NCBI GenBank assembly: GCA_964457525.1
Contig: CAYWGS010000080.1
Location: forward strand, 1 to 6,680
Origin: an uncultured Erysipelotrichaceae bacterium
GTDB lineage: Bacteria > Bacillota_I > Bacilli_A > Erysipelotrichales > Erysipelotrichaceae
DNA length: 6,680 nucleotides
Reading direction: 5' to 3'
Part shown: in pieces, positions 6,439 to 6,680 of the stretch
Layout of the letters: each line of letters opens with the position of its first letter
Numbering within the stretch: the first letter of the stretch is position 1
Made by a program: the position numbers and the translations under genes
Notes under the pieces: generated by a model
Seen by the model: the letters and a program-made list of their open reading frames with translations, nothing else
What the model was told of the DNA's origin: nothing
Database searches by the model: none

Positions 6439-6680
6439 GAGTTATTCCTTTCTTTAAAAGCTTGTTTTAAGTAATTTATACTATCTTCTTGTGATACCTT
6501 GAGTTGATCGAGTTCACTCACAAACGTATTGACTTTGTCCATTATCATTTGTTCTTTTAAACTTTGAATAAGACTTTGATCATCGGTTACGAATCGACCG
6601 ATGGTACGATCACTTTTTACTAAATTGAGACGTTCTAATTCAGATAAAGCCCGTTGCACTGTATTTGGATTCACTTGATA
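6435..6680 (-). CDS. GntR-family (YtrA-like short subfamily) transcriptional regulator, 5'-truncated by the window edge
   Basis: The frame stays open to nt 6680 (..YQVNPNTVQRALSELERLNLVKSDRTIGRFVTDD). This is the recognition helix and wing of a GntR winged HTH (consensus-like VNPNTV..A...L...G.......G.FV). The 'M' at 6674 in the ORF track is an internal GTG (Val). The short C-terminal extension of about 45 aa after the wHTH fits the YtrA-type subfamily. Confidence 0.8.
   Translation of the reverse strand, partial: YQVNPNTVQRALSELERLNLVKSDRTIGRFVTDDQSLIQSLKEQMIMDKVNTFVSELDQLKVSQEDSINYLKQAFKERNNS

Noticed and set aside
6672-6674. The start codon for the GntR gene as listed in the ORF track (M at 6674)
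   Set aside because: The codon is GTG, and the frame remains open to the window edge (..YQ upstream). It sits in the middle of the conserved wHTH (VNPNTV), so the gene is truncated by the window rather than starting here.
1-6680. Mobile elements, CRISPR arrays, tRNA/rRNA genes, and defence or toxin-antitoxin systems
   Set aside because: I saw no transposase, integrase or recombinase-like ORFs. There are no inverted terminal repeats, no regularly spaced direct repeats and no structured RNA-like GC-rich islands. Coding density is accounted for by the six minus-strand genes.

Overview
AT-rich window (roughly one-third GC by eye) with Firmicutes-style AGGAGG-type ribosome-binding sites. All six substantial ORFs lie on the minus strand and form two transcription units. 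Unit A (6680->4970, 5' end cut by the window edge) is a GntR/YtrA-type regulator, an ABC ATPase and a polytopic membrane protein with overlapping start/stop codons, ending in a clear rho-independent terminator at 4949-4971. Unit B (about 4865->58) starts at a predicted sigma-A-type promoter and encodes three tightly packed genes. These are a small polytopic ICMT/PEMT-like membrane methyltransferase, a GH3/ANL-like adenylate-forming carboxylate ligase with a divergent P-loop, and an 853-aa signalling protein. That protein has about 9 TM segments, a GAF-like domain, a degenerate GGDEF domain (GGDVF, metal-ligand Asp->Asn, no RxxD I-site) and a motif-complete HD-GYP domain. The best candidate for something undescribed is Unit B: two enzymes whose families act on carboxyl groups, co-translated with a membrane-sensor c-di-GMP phosphodiesterase. 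I saw no tRNA/rRNA, CRISPR array, transposase, integrase or long repeat. All functional calls rest on motifs read by eye from the translations; no database search was possible.
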